Source: Nitrospinales bacterium (GTDB taxonomy: Bacteria; Nitrospinota_A; UBA7883; JACRGQ01). From it: a stretch of 45,117 nucleotides of DNA. Positions 9,432 to 19,244 of this stretch are shown here, in pieces; positions within the stretch are counted from its first letter, which is position 1, and each line of letters starts with the position of its first letter. A program made the position numbers and the translations under genes. Under the pieces are notes generated by a model. It saw only the letters and a program-made list of their open reading frames with translations. It was not told the DNA's origin and did no database searches. The stretch lies in NCBI GenBank assembly GCA_023248535.1, contig JAHFEJ010000005.1:19456-64572 (forward strand), in the 5' to 3' direction.

Positions 9432-9460
9432 TTGCGCGGGAAAACCGAAAAGTGGATAAT
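9432..9460 (+). promoter_or_regulatory. sigma70-type promoter, probable leaderless start of aldehyde dehydrogenase
   Basis: TTGCGC-N17-GATAAT, ending 6 nt before ATG 9467. Confidence 0.55.
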
Positions 9461-9466
9461 AGGCAA

Positions 9467-10891
9467 ATGCGCGAACATCGGATTTATGTTGGGGGGCGTT
9501 TCACGGCCACTCCCCGCAAAACCGCCGTCACCGCGCCATTCAACGGCGAAACGATAGGGGAGGTTTTCCTCGCGGGCGCGGCAGAGGTGGAGTCCGCCAC
9601 CGCCGCCGCGCAGGCTTCTTTTGAAGAGACGAAAAAGCTTGCGCCGGCGGACCGTGCCGCGATTTTAATGGCGATCCATAACGGGATTGCCGCGCGCGCC
9701 GAAGAGTTGGCCCGCGTTATCGCGCGGGAAGCGGGGAAACCGGTTCTCAACGCGCGGCAGGAGGTGCAACGGAGCCTATTCACGTTTCTGACGGCGGCGG
9801 AAGAGGCGAAACGCATTTCGGGGGAAGTGCTGCCGCTTGATATCCATCCGCTGGCCAAAGGGCGGCAATGCTTTGTGAAACGCTTCCCCATCGGTCCCAT
9901 CCTTGGCATCTCGCCTTTTAATTTTCCGCTCAACCTCGTTGCCCACAAAGCCGCCCCCGCCTTGGCGGCGGGAAACCCCATTGTGATAAAACCGGCCACA
10001 CGGACGCCGTTGACCGCGCTGCTTCTGGCGGAGATTGTTGACGCATCCGGCTGGCCCAAGGGGGCGTTCTCGGTATTGCCCACCACCAATGAATTGGCGG
10101 AAACGATGGTGCGGGATGAACGGTACAAAATGGTCTCGTTCACCGGCAGTCCTGCCGTGGGGTGGATGCTGAAGAATATCGCGGGGAAAAAGAAGGTGGC
10201 GCTGGAACTGGGGGGCAACGCGGGGGTCATCGTGCATGACGATGCCGACCTCGACTACGCCGCCGGGCGGATTGTCACCGGCGGATTCAGTTATGCGGGG
10301 CAGACCTGCATTTCAGTGCAACGCGTCTTCGTACAACAAACGGTGTACGAAAAATTCAAGGCGCTTTTCATCCCGAAAGTGGCGGCCCTGAAAACCGGCG
10401 ATCCGCTGGACGAAGCGGTCAACGTCGGCCCCCTTATCTCGGCGGGCGAGGTTCAGCGCATCCTCGGCTGGATGGACGAGGCGGTGAAGGGGGGGGCGAA
10501 ACTCCTCTGCGGCGGAAAAGCGGAGGGGAACGTTCTCCAGCCGTCCGTGCTGGAGCAAACCACCCCGGAAATGAAAGTTAACTGCATGGAAGTTTTTGGA
10601 CCGGTGGTGACGCTTATCCCCTACGGCGCCATGGATGAAGCGCTGGCGCTTCTGAACGATAGCGAATTCGGCCTTCAGGCCGGCGTTTTTACCAACGATC
10701 TCCGTGGCGCGTTCGACGCGTGGGAAACGCTGGACGTGGGGGGGGTGATGATAGGGGATGTGCCGACCTTCCGCATCGATCACATGCCATACGGCGGCGT
10801 GAAAAGCTCCGGCCTCGGCCGCGAGGGGTTGCGCTGGGCCATTGAGGAAATGACCGAACCGAAATCCCTCGTCATCAACCTTCCGGGGTAG
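9467..10891 (+). CDS. NAD(P)-dependent aldehyde dehydrogenase family protein
   Basis: ISPFNFPLNL, KPA, FTGSPAVG, LELGGN (catalytic Glu), AGQTCIS (catalytic Cys), EVFGPV, PYGGVKSSGLGREG. Confidence 0.95.
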   Translation: MREHRIYVGGRFTATPRKTAVTAPFNGETIGEVFLAGAAEVESATAAAQASFEETKKLAPADRAAILMAIHNGIAARAEELARVIAREAGKPVLNARQEVQRSLFTFLTAAEEAKRISGEVLPLDIHPLAKGRQCFVKRFPIGPILGISPFNFPLNLVAHKAAPALAAGNPIVIKPATRTPLTALLLAEIVDASGWPKGAFSVLPTTNELAETMVRDERYKMVSFTGSPAVGWMLKNIAGKKKVALELGGNAGVIVHDDADLDYAAGRIVTGGFSYAGQTCISVQRVFVQQTVYEKFKALFIPKVAALKTGDPLDEAVNVGPLISAGEVQRILGWMDEAVKGGAKLLCGGKAEGNVLQPSVLEQTTPEMKVNCMEVFGPVVTLIPYGAMDEALALLNDSEFGLQAGVFTNDLRGAFDAWETLDVGGVMIGDVPTFRIDHMPYGGVKSSGLGREGLRWAIEEMTEPKSLVINLPG

Positions 10892-10970
10892 GGCGCGCTT
10901 CCTGTCATTGTTCCACTAGGGGGATGAAAGGTCCGCTCTTGCCACTGTACAGGCAGGACGCCATGCGTAA

Positions 10971-11107
10971 AAGAGAGAGCTTTGAAAATATAACTGGGTG
11001 CCGTGCCCTTCAAGGGCACCCCCGCGGCGGGTTGTGTGCGGCAGGCTCCGCAGGCTTCGCCGCCGCATGTTTATTTCCGCCGCTCCCAAGTCAAGCCCGG
11101 CATGACA
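10971..11107. repeat. Partial GTC-tagged REP-like palindromic element, same family as 29291-29500
   Basis: 10974-10991 AGAGAGCTTTGAAAATAT is the exact reverse complement of 29322-29339; followed by CTGGGTGCCG and a terminal TCAAGCCCGGCATGACA. Confidence 0.72.
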
Positions 11108-11128
11108 TAGGCAGGGGCGGAAAGGGTG

Positions 11129-13273
11129 TTATGCGGCGGCGCCGCGCGGGCCTGTGTAGCGCTTTGCCAGGATGAGCAGTTCCCTTTCGGCGTCCTGCTT
11201 TTGCAGGAAGTGATTGGCTCCCGCCCGAATGAACTTCGCTTTATCCGCCGCGTCGGTCGTGCTTCCCGCGATGATGAGCGGTGTGCGCGCATATTCATCG
11301 GATTCGCGCAGCGCGGTAAGGAAGTTCAGGGTGTTGCCGTTGCCTCCCTCATTGGCAATGATGATGAATTCCGGGGATCCCCCCCTGGCGGTGGCTTTAA
11401 TAAGCGCATAGGGCGTATCGACCTCCACCATTTCCACATCCAGATTCCTGGCGAAAAAGCTTTCAAGGCGGTATTTGAACTGGCTGTCGTCGCACATGAT
11501 GGCGGCGTAGGGGCGGCGGTACGGGAGGGTGATCGTGAATTTGCTTCCATTTCCCGGTATCGATTCCACGGTAATCGTGCCGGCATGTGCGCCGATGATG
11601 TCGGCGACCAAGGGGAGGCCCAGCCCGGTTCCCCGTTCGCCCGCGGTGCCAGCCCGGCTGGTTTTTTCCTCATGCTTGAAGACTTTTCCCAGCAGCGTTT
11701 CCGGAATGCCGATGCCGTTGTCCTTGACGGTGACGACGCCGTTCTTGCCGAATACAGTGCCCACTTCCACCCGTCCTTCGTTCTTTTTGCAGAATTTGAT
11801 GGAGTTGTTGATCAGGTTGTGGAACACCTCTTCCATCAGGTTGGGGTCGGCATAGAACCGCATGCCGGCGGGAACGGCGTTTACCAGGGTGGCCCCTTTT
11901 TCTTCGGCCTGTTGGGCCACCCGTTCGAACACCAGATCGACCGCGCGCCGTACGTCCATAAATTCGCGCTTCACCCCCAGCTTGCCGCTCTTGATGCGGT
12001 TTATGTTCAGGATTTCTTCGGTCATCCGCATCAGGTTTTCAACAATCTGGATAACCCGTGAGATGGTCGAACGGTATGCGGCGGGGGCGGATTCCGTGCC
12101 GCTTCCGGCCCGTTTCAAAAGTGAAAGGATGGTGCTGAAACCGCCGCGCAGGTCGTGTGCGACAAGTGAAAGGAGCTTGTTCTTCGTTTCCGTCGCCTTC
12201 TCGGCTTCGCTTTTTTCAATTTCCAGTTTGCCATGCGCGGCTTTCTGCCAGAGGATGAGGCCGAATACGGCCAATGCCGATAGAAACACCAGCAGATATA
12301 ATCCGGCGCGGAAGACCGCGCGGCCGCGGATCTCATTTACCCCGCCCTTGGATATTTCACCCACCGCACGGGATATTTCCAGCCCGGAATCGATGGCGTC
12401 GGTGGCTTTGGCCAGCCAGACTTCCCCGGAAAGGGAGTATGGCGCGTGCGCCGCCGATGCGGCATATACCGCTTTGCGCGTGTTTTCATAATCCGTTAAG
12501 AAGACCTTTTCAAAATGATCAATGGCCGCCCGAAGCGGCGCGGGGGTTTCCTCCAGAGCGCGCAGCTCCAGTACTTTGGCGGCGGCCTCATCCACAATGA
12601 CCCGGTAGGCTTTGAGCATCTCCCCGGTTTCCGGCGGAATGGGCCGTCCCGCCGCTATCAACCCCCCCAACAGCGCCCGCTCGCGTCCGGCGAATTCGCA
12701 CAGCTTGGCGATATTGGCGCGGATCACGATGTTGTAGTACATGATTTTTTCCCCGGTTTCGTGGGGGGCGAATACCGTATCGCGAAGGCGGAATTCGCTT
12801 TCGATATTGCCGGAAGCAACGGCTACCCATTCCCCGGATTTGATGTTATGCGCGATGATCCTTTTTCGGGCGGTATCAAGTTCCGCCAGACGCTGTTTCC
12901 ATGCGGCCTGCTGGCGCTCCACATCCCTGTCGGGTTCCAACTTCAAATGTTCGCGGAGGTCCTCCATCGCGGCGCTTGTTTCCACATCGCCTTTCCCGCC
13001 GATTTCATTGAACCGCTGGATCATCGCCGAGGTGGGGAAGTCCGTGCCGAGGATGGTGTTGCCGATCCCGCGTTCCAGCGCATGAAGGCTGGCCGCATTG
13101 TTCAGGTGCCCCGCCACCTTGTCCATCAGGCGGTAGTGTTCCGCCCGCCGCATCTCCTTGCGCTCTTCTATCATGAGCACGGCGGCAAGGCCGAGGGCGA
13201 AAAGAAAAACAAGGAACACCAGCCTTTGCATACGGAGAAAAACTTCTCTCGTGAAAACTTCTTTCGCCGGCAT
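11129..13273 (-). CDS. Hybrid sensor histidine kinase with NIT (nitrate/nitrite-sensing) domain and degenerate C-terminal receiver
   Basis: TM, then HALERG and EFAGRERA NIT signatures, then TM; H-box AHDLRG; NLINNSIKF; DNGIG; GTGLGL; receiver-like tail lacks the acceptor Asp; start uncertain (13273 or 13354). Confidence 0.82.
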   Translation of the reverse strand: MPAKEVFTREVFLRMQRLVFLVFLFALGLAAVLMIEERKEMRRAEHYRLMDKVAGHLNNAASLHALERGIGNTILGTDFPTSAMIQRFNEIGGKGDVETSAAMEDLREHLKLEPDRDVERQQAAWKQRLAELDTARKRIIAHNIKSGEWVAVASGNIESEFRLRDTVFAPHETGEKIMYYNIVIRANIAKLCEFAGRERALLGGLIAAGRPIPPETGEMLKAYRVIVDEAAAKVLELRALEETPAPLRAAIDHFEKVFLTDYENTRKAVYAASAAHAPYSLSGEVWLAKATDAIDSGLEISRAVGEISKGGVNEIRGRAVFRAGLYLLVFLSALAVFGLILWQKAAHGKLEIEKSEAEKATETKNKLLSLVAHDLRGGFSTILSLLKRAGSGTESAPAAYRSTISRVIQIVENLMRMTEEILNINRIKSGKLGVKREFMDVRRAVDLVFERVAQQAEEKGATLVNAVPAGMRFYADPNLMEEVFHNLINNSIKFCKKNEGRVEVGTVFGKNGVVTVKDNGIGIPETLLGKVFKHEEKTSRAGTAGERGTGLGLPLVADIIGAHAGTITVESIPGNGSKFTITLPYRRPYAAIMCDDSQFKYRLESFFARNLDVEMVEVDTPYALIKATARGGSPEFIIIANEGGNGNTLNFLTALRESDEYARTPLIIAGSTTDAADKAKFIRAGANHFLQKQDAERELLILAKRYTGPRGAAA

Positions 13274-13481
13274 TTCCGTCCCTATTAATCCGCCGCATTC
13301 ACGGCGCACACCCAATGCCATCTGTGAATAACAGATGGCCAGCCCCCAATTCACCCCACAGGACTATATCACAGCTAACCCTGGGGGGTTATCTGATAAA
13401 ATGCTTTTAGGCCGCTATCCGGTCGACTTGAATATCTTCAGTATTCCAACCCGGATATTTGCGGTACAATCCAAGCGGATT

Positions 13482-14225
13482 ATGGCAAAACTGGGCGTAA
13501 ACGTTGATCATGTGGCCACATTGCGCCAGGCGCGCCGCGCCGCGTATCCCGATCCGGCGGCGGCCGCGAAAATGGCGCTGGAGGAAGGGGTTTCCTGCAT
13601 CACCGTTCACCTCCGCGAAGACCGCCGCCACATCCAGGATGCCGACTTGCTCGCGATCCGCAAACTTCCCGGCTGCCGTCTGAATCTGGAGATGTCCGCC
13701 GCGGAGGATATCATCGCTATCGCCCTCAACCTCCGGCCCGAACAGGTTACCATCGTGCCGGAACGAAGGCAGGAATTGACCACCGAGGGGGGGCTGGACG
13801 TGGCGGCACGCCCGGAGTTTTACCGTGATTTAACCAAGACCTTTTCCTCCGCCGGAATCGCCCTTTCTTTTTTCATCGATCCCGACCAGCGGCAAATCGA
13901 CGCTTGTGCCGCCACCCAGGCGTTGGCCGTGGAGATCAACACCGCCGCCTACAGCGAAGCCGTGAGCGATAAGGATACCGCCAAAACCCTGCGCGAAGTG
14001 CAACGTGCGGCGTATACGGCGCGCAACCTGGGGCTGGCCGTACACGCCGGCCACGGATTGAACTACCGGAATGTCACTTCCATCGCCGCCATTGAAGGGC
14101 TGGAGGAGCTTAACATCGGCCACAGCATCGTGGCGCAGTCGGTGTATGTCGGGTTCCCTTCCGCGGTTGCCAGCATGAAAAGGCTGATCGAAGCCGCCTC
14201 CCAAAAAAAACGGGCCGCGGGGTGA
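13482..14225 (+). CDS. pdxJ: Pyridoxine 5'-phosphate synthase
   Basis: MAKLGVNVDHVATLRQAR, ITVHLREDRRHIQD, TTEGGLD, HAGHGLNY, ELNIGHSI. Confidence 0.97.
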   Translation: MAKLGVNVDHVATLRQARRAAYPDPAAAAKMALEEGVSCITVHLREDRRHIQDADLLAIRKLPGCRLNLEMSAAEDIIAIALNLRPEQVTIVPERRQELTTEGGLDVAARPEFYRDLTKTFSSAGIALSFFIDPDQRQIDACAATQALAVEINTAAYSEAVSDKDTAKTLREVQRAAYTARNLGLAVHAGHGLNYRNVTSIAAIEGLEELNIGHSIVAQSVYVGFPSAVASMKRLIEAASQKKRAAG

Positions 14226-14230
14226 ACTAA

Positions 14231-14524
14231 GTGATCCGCCATATCGTGCTGTTCAAACTGAAAGAGGGGATCTCCGGCGCGGAGGCGAAGGAGCTGGCAA
14301 ACCAACTCGCCGCCCTGCGGCACAATACGGGCGGGTTGATGAAAGAGGCGGAAGTCGCCTTTGACGTTGTTCACGCCCATAATTCCCACGATATTGTGCT
14401 TAACTCCGTTTTTGAAGATACCGAGCGGCTGAAAGAGTACCAAATTCACCCCGAACATGTAAAAGTACTTGATTTGATTAAGAAAATCTGCTTAGCTACT
14501 GTAAAGGCAGATTACGTGATTTAA
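14231..14524 (+). CDS. Dabb / stress-responsive A/B barrel protein
   Basis: MIRHIVLFKLK...F.D...L..YQ.HP.H...DY pattern. Confidence 0.88.
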   Translation: MIRHIVLFKLKEGISGAEAKELANQLAALRHNTGGLMKEAEVAFDVVHAHNSHDIVLNSVFEDTERLKEYQIHPEHVKVLDLIKKICLATVKADYVI

Positions 14525-14639
14525 AGAGGAGTTGGGGAAGGGCTTCCCATCGGAGCCATAATCCCCGGCATATCGTCCGGATAGGGCAGAATGCCCGTGT
14601 ATGCGGCGGTATTCGTTTTGTCTTTAGGGAGGTTGCTAG

Positions 14640-16913
14640 TTGATGGAACAGGAAAAGATAGCCGCGCACGGAAGTGCGCAACTGACGCGGGAAGATATTA
14701 ACCGTTTTGCGGATCTGGTGAAAGAAGCCGACGCGCAGCGCAAGAGCCTCAACCTCCTCGTGGAATACATCCAGAACAACATCGAGAAGGTGAACCTGAA
14801 CGTCACCACGATGAAGAACCTCGAAAGCAAAATTCCCTTTTTCAACGAATTCGCCGAAAAGATGGGGGGGAAATTCGAGGAGCTGCGGAATCTCGAGATC
14901 CGCGTGAAAGACATCTCCGCGGGCGTGGAAGAGGGCGCCGGGCGCCTGCACGAACACCGCATGGCGGTGGACGAGGTTTCGCTGATCGCCGAACACGTGA
15001 AAAGCAAAGTGAAGGCGTTGAACCAGCAGCGGCTGGTGGTGGAAAAAGCCAACGAAGAGGCCGGCAAGCTCAACATTCTGATCTGGGACATGGAAGCCAA
15101 GGTCAAGAAGCTCACCGAAGAGAACAAGCTGGTCAAGCAGACCGAAAAGAACGTCATCCGCCTCGAGGAGATGCTGGACAAGGTCGCCGACCGGATGCAA
15201 GATATCGAAACCTTCAAGGGGTTGCTCAAAACCTCGGACGAGCAGATCGGCCGTTTGCAAGGTATCAGCCGCGAACTTGAGGATAAAATCGGCCGCATCG
15301 CCCGTCAAAAGGAAGAGATCGACGGCTACGGGAAGGACATCGAAAAGATCGGGCAGACCATCGGCCGCCTGCAGGCAAGCAGCGAGGATCTGCTGCGCCA
15401 GAATGCGCTGGTGACCCAGATGAACCGCGATGTGGCCCAACTGATCAAGGACATGAATGCGTTGCGCGTGGAAACCGGCAATATCATGATGAAAGAAGAC
15501 ATGATCAAGCGCATCAGCGGCAAGCTGAAGCAGCTTGAGGAGATGAACAGCGAGCTGGAGGTGAATATCACCCGCGTTCGCGAAGACAAGGACGTGGTGG
15601 CGGCCACCGAGGAGAAGATCAACAAGCTCAATGTGTTCCTTATCGACTCCATCGGCAACAAGATGAAGATACTCAAAGACGACATGGGCGCCGTGGAAAC
15701 CGCCCGCGAAAAAATGGCCCGCTTCCAGCAAGAGGCGGACGACCTCGAACTCAAGCTCCAGCGTTTCCGCGAAGATATCAAGATCAGCGAAGACATCGAG
15801 GTGAAGCTCAAGAAAATGGGGAGCATGCATGAAGTGCTCAACGCCCAGATCAACGACCTTTCCGCGCGCCGCAATATCGTCGACCAGGTGGAGAAAAAGG
15901 TCAATGCCCTCTCATCAACGGTCATTAATCTCGATGTGAAGATGGAAAACCAGCTCCAGCGCAAGGGGCTGGTCGAAAAGCTGGAGAAAAAGCTGGACGG
16001 CCTCGATTACTACATCGAAGACGCCACGCTGAAAGCGGACCGTATCAACAAAAAGGTCGAATTCCTCGAGAACCTCGACAAGAAGGTGGAGGACCTGCGC
16101 GAGATCACCCGCCAGGTGGAAGAAAAGATATTGGACATCACGCGCGAAAAAAGCGTCATCGACGCGCAGGAGCGCCGCCTCCAGATGCTCGGCAGCAAGC
16201 TGGTGGTCATCGAGGAAAACGTATCGGGCAAACTTGAAGAGGTGCGGGAAGGGAACAACCTCCTGCAGGGGATCATCAAGGCCAAGGAAGAGCTTATGCC
16301 GGTGGTTGACAAGGTGGATGGCCAGATAAGCGGGCTTGTGGCGCGCAGCCAGCAGCTCACCGGTTCCGAAGAGCGGCTGACCGGCGCGCAGACCCGGTTG
16401 GACGATCTGGAAAAACGGCTGGCAAATGTCCGCGACGAGGAGGAACTCCTCATCGAAACGGAAAAGCGGCTTAACATGCTGGGCAACATGATGGAAAAAA
16501 CCTCGCGCCAGGCCGACCAGATCGGCAAGGAGGAGGCGCTCATCAAGAAAGTCCAGGAAGACATTCTCGTCCTCACCTCGCAGATAGAAGACCTCCGTTC
16601 GCAGGAACGGAAGATCGCCAAGCATCAGGAATCGTTCGGGGAGATATCGGACAAGATCAGGTCCCTCTCGGCCATTATGAACGAAGCCGAAACCAAGATC
16701 GACGTGCTCAACTCCCGCATGGTGCTTATCAACCGCACCGAGCAGCGGCTCAACGACCTGAACATTCTCGCCGAAGACATCAAGACCAAGCTCAAGGTGC
16801 TTTCCTCCGAGGAAAAGATCATCGATAAGGCCGCCGGCCAAATCACCGAGCTTCGCTTCCTGTTGGGCGAAATCGAAAAAAAGATCAGCGACCAAAAGGC
16901 GGAGCGGGAATAG
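14640..16913 (+). CDS. Long all-coiled-coil protein built of 31-residue repeats (hypothetical)
   Basis: 757 aa, E/K/L/I-rich, only 2 Pro, no TM, signal peptide or Walker motifs; RBS GGGAGG; own terminator. Confidence 0.85.
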   Translation: MMEQEKIAAHGSAQLTREDINRFADLVKEADAQRKSLNLLVEYIQNNIEKVNLNVTTMKNLESKIPFFNEFAEKMGGKFEELRNLEIRVKDISAGVEEGAGRLHEHRMAVDEVSLIAEHVKSKVKALNQQRLVVEKANEEAGKLNILIWDMEAKVKKLTEENKLVKQTEKNVIRLEEMLDKVADRMQDIETFKGLLKTSDEQIGRLQGISRELEDKIGRIARQKEEIDGYGKDIEKIGQTIGRLQASSEDLLRQNALVTQMNRDVAQLIKDMNALRVETGNIMMKEDMIKRISGKLKQLEEMNSELEVNITRVREDKDVVAATEEKINKLNVFLIDSIGNKMKILKDDMGAVETAREKMARFQQEADDLELKLQRFREDIKISEDIEVKLKKMGSMHEVLNAQINDLSARRNIVDQVEKKVNALSSTVINLDVKMENQLQRKGLVEKLEKKLDGLDYYIEDATLKADRINKKVEFLENLDKKVEDLREITRQVEEKILDITREKSVIDAQERRLQMLGSKLVVIEENVSGKLEEVREGNNLLQGIIKAKEELMPVVDKVDGQISGLVARSQQLTGSEERLTGAQTRLDDLEKRLANVRDEEELLIETEKRLNMLGNMMEKTSRQADQIGKEEALIKKVQEDILVLTSQIEDLRSQERKIAKHQESFGEISDKIRSLSAIMNEAETKIDVLNSRMVLINRTEQRLNDLNILAEDIKTKLKVLSSEEKIIDKAAGQITELRFLLGEIEKKISDQKAERE

Positions 16914-16932
16914 TCCCGCTCTTTCCCTTTTT
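16902..16932 (+). terminator. Intrinsic terminator after the coiled-coil gene
   Basis: GAGCGGGA-ATAG-TCCCGCTC hairpin followed by TTTCCCTTTTT. Confidence 0.65.
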
Positions 16933-16961
16933 CACAAAACCCCATTCACGGAGCGCGATAC

Positions 16962-17834
16962 ATGGCGATAGGTGTTATAGGCGGCAGCGGCCTTTACGGC
17001 ATGAAAGAGCTGAAGATAAAAAAAACCAAAAAGCTCAGGACTCCTTTCGGCAACCCCTCGGACGAATACGTTTTCGGCGAGTTGAACGGCAAGGAGCTGA
17101 TCTTTCTTCCCCGCCACGGCCGGGGGCACCGGATTCTCCCCAGCGAACTTAATTTCCGCGCCAACATCTACGGCTTCAAGATGCTGGGGGTGAAAAAAAT
17201 CCTTTCCGTCTCCGCCGTCGGCTCCCTCAAGGAGGAAATCGAGCCGGGCCATATCGTGTTTCCCGATCAGTTTATCGACCGCACGTTCGCGCGCACCAGC
17301 ACTTTTTTCGGCAACGGCGTGGTTGCCCACGTTTCCTTCGCCGATCCCGTGTGCAAGCACCTCATCGGCGTAACCTCCGCGGCGGCCAAGCGCGCCGGGG
17401 CCGTCACCCATGTTGGCGGCACATATGTCAATATGGAGGGGCCGCAGTTCTCGACCCGCGCCGAATCCCGCATGTACCGCTCGTGGGGCGCATCCGTCAT
17501 CGGCATGACCAACCTCAACGAAGCCAAGCTCGCCCGCGAGGCGGAACTCTGCTATGTCACCATTGCCCTCTCCACCGATTACGACTGCTGGTACGAAGGG
17601 CATGAAGAGGTGAGTACCGCCGCCATTCTGGAGATCATCCACAAGAATGTGGAGATGTCGCAAAAGATCATCAAGGAAGCGGTGGCGAAAATTGACGATG
17701 GCGCCGATTGCCCCGCCGGGTGCAACCATATGTTGGCGCACACCATCATGACCGACCCGAAGAAAATCCCGCCGAAGACCAAATTGGCCCTGAAGCCGAT
17801 CATCGGCAAATATTTGAACCCGAAGAAGCAGTAA
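16962..17834 (+). CDS. mtnP: S-methyl-5'-thioadenosine phosphorylase
   Basis: IGVIGGSGLY, FLPRHGRGH, NFRANI, SAVGSL, EGPQFSTRAES, IGMT, EAKLAREAE, STDYDCW. Confidence 0.95.
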   Translation: MAIGVIGGSGLYGMKELKIKKTKKLRTPFGNPSDEYVFGELNGKELIFLPRHGRGHRILPSELNFRANIYGFKMLGVKKILSVSAVGSLKEEIEPGHIVFPDQFIDRTFARTSTFFGNGVVAHVSFADPVCKHLIGVTSAAAKRAGAVTHVGGTYVNMEGPQFSTRAESRMYRSWGASVIGMTNLNEAKLAREAELCYVTIALSTDYDCWYEGHEEVSTAAILEIIHKNVEMSQKIIKEAVAKIDDGADCPAGCNHMLAHTIMTDPKKIPPKTKLALKPIIGKYLNPKKQ

Positions 17835-17843
17835 GGAAGACGC

Positions 17844-19121
17844 ATGAGCCGCTCAAAGGAACTGTTTGAAAAAGCGAAAACCCTGATGCCCGGCGGGGTG
17901 AACAGCCCCGTCCGCGCTTTCAAAAGCGTGGGGCGTGACCCGATTTTCATCAAGCGCGCCAAAGGCAGCGCCATCACCGACGTGGACGGCCGCACGTATA
18001 TTGATTATGTGGGATCGTGGGGGCCTATGATCACCGGCCACGCCGACGAGCGCATTCTGGCCGCCATAGCCAAAGCCGCGGAGGATGGCACCAGTTTCGG
18101 CGCGCCGCACGAGCGCGAAATAGAACTGGCCCAAATGGTTATCGACGCGGTTCCCTCCATCGAGATGTGCCGCATGGTCAGCAGCGGCACCGAGGCGGTG
18201 ATGAGCGCCATCCGCCTGGCCCGCGGTTTCACCGGGCGCGACATGATCCTCAAATTTGAAGGATGCTATCACGGCCACGGCGACAGCATGTTGGTGAAAG
18301 CCGGCAGCGGCGTGGAAACGCTCGGCTTGCCGGACAGTCCCGGCGTGCCGTCCGGGATCGCGAATAACACCCTTACGGCGAAATACAACGACCTGAAGAG
18401 CGTGGAAGAGTTGTTCGCCGCGCAGCCCGGCAAGATCGCCTGCGTGATTTTGGAAGCGGTGGTCGGCAATATGGGCGTGTGGATACCGGAGCCGGGCTTC
18501 TTGCAGGGGCTTCGTGCATTGTGCGACAAGCATGGCGCATTGCTCATATTCGACGAGGTTATCACCGGCTTCCGTTTGGCCTACGGCGGCGCACAGCAGT
18601 ACTACGGCGTGAAGCCCGATCTCACCACGCTGGGCAAGATCATCGGCGGCGGCCTGCCCGTCGGCTGCTTTGGCGGGCGCAAGGATATTATGAAGATGAT
18701 GGCCCCCGAAGGGCCGGTTTACCAGGCCGGAACGCTGAGCGGCAATCCGCTGGCGATGGCCGCGGGGATCGCCACGCTTAATATCCTGAAAACGCCCGGC
18801 GTGTACGATCAGCTTGAACAGAAGAGCAGAAAACTGGCCGATGGCCTTGCGGCCGCCGCCCAAAAAGCCGGGCACAAGACCACCAGCAACCGGGTTGGGG
18901 CGATGTTCTCGCTTTTCTTTACTGATAAGAAGGTGTTCGATTATCCTTCATCAAAAACTTCAGACACGAAGAAGTTCGCCAAATACTTTGGGCTGATGCT
19001 TGAGAATGGCGTTTATCTGGCGCCTTCGCAGTTTGAAGCGGGATTCATGTCGTTGGCCCACAGCGAGGCCGATATCGCCAAGACCATCGCCGCCGCCGAG
19101 TCCGCTTTCAGCCAGCTCTGA
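17844..19121 (+). CDS. hemL: Glutamate-1-semialdehyde 2,1-aminomutase
   Basis: [50 protein letters not shown] (PLP Lys), [17 protein letters not shown]. Confidence 0.97.
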   Translation: MSRSKELFEKAKTLMPGGVNSPVRAFKSVGRDPIFIKRAKGSAITDVDGRTYIDYVGSWGPMITGHADERILAAIAKAAEDGTSFGAPHEREIELAQMVIDAVPSIEMCRMVSSGTEAVMSAIRLARGFTGRDMILKFEGCYHGHGDSMLVKAGSGVETLGLPDSPGVPSGIANNTLTAKYNDLKSVEELFAAQPGKIACVILEAVVGNMGVWIPEPGFLQGLRALCDKHGALLIFDEVITGFRLAYGGAQQYYGVKPDLTTLGKIIGGGLPVGCFGGRKDIMKMMAPEGPVYQAGTLSGNPLAMAAGIATLNILKTPGVYDQLEQKSRKLADGLAAAAQKAGHKTTSNRVGAMFSLFFTDKKVFDYPSSKTSDTKKFAKYFGLMLENGVYLAPSQFEAGFMSLAHSEADIAKTIAAAESAFSQL

Positions 19122-19244
19122 TACCCGTTTTCTCAACCCGCCCTCAAGGAGCATACGGCGGGTTGCATGGTAGAATGCCCGGCACAGGCATATCCAGGCT
19201 TCCGGGCGCAGTGGTTCCATGCCGGTGATGGAAAAGGGGTGACG

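Noticed and set aside
14640-16913. SMC/SbcC ATPase, chemoreceptor or phage tape-measure assignment for the coiled-coil protein
   Set aside because: No Walker A/B or hinge, no MCP hairpin-tip motif, no TM segments and no phage genes nearby
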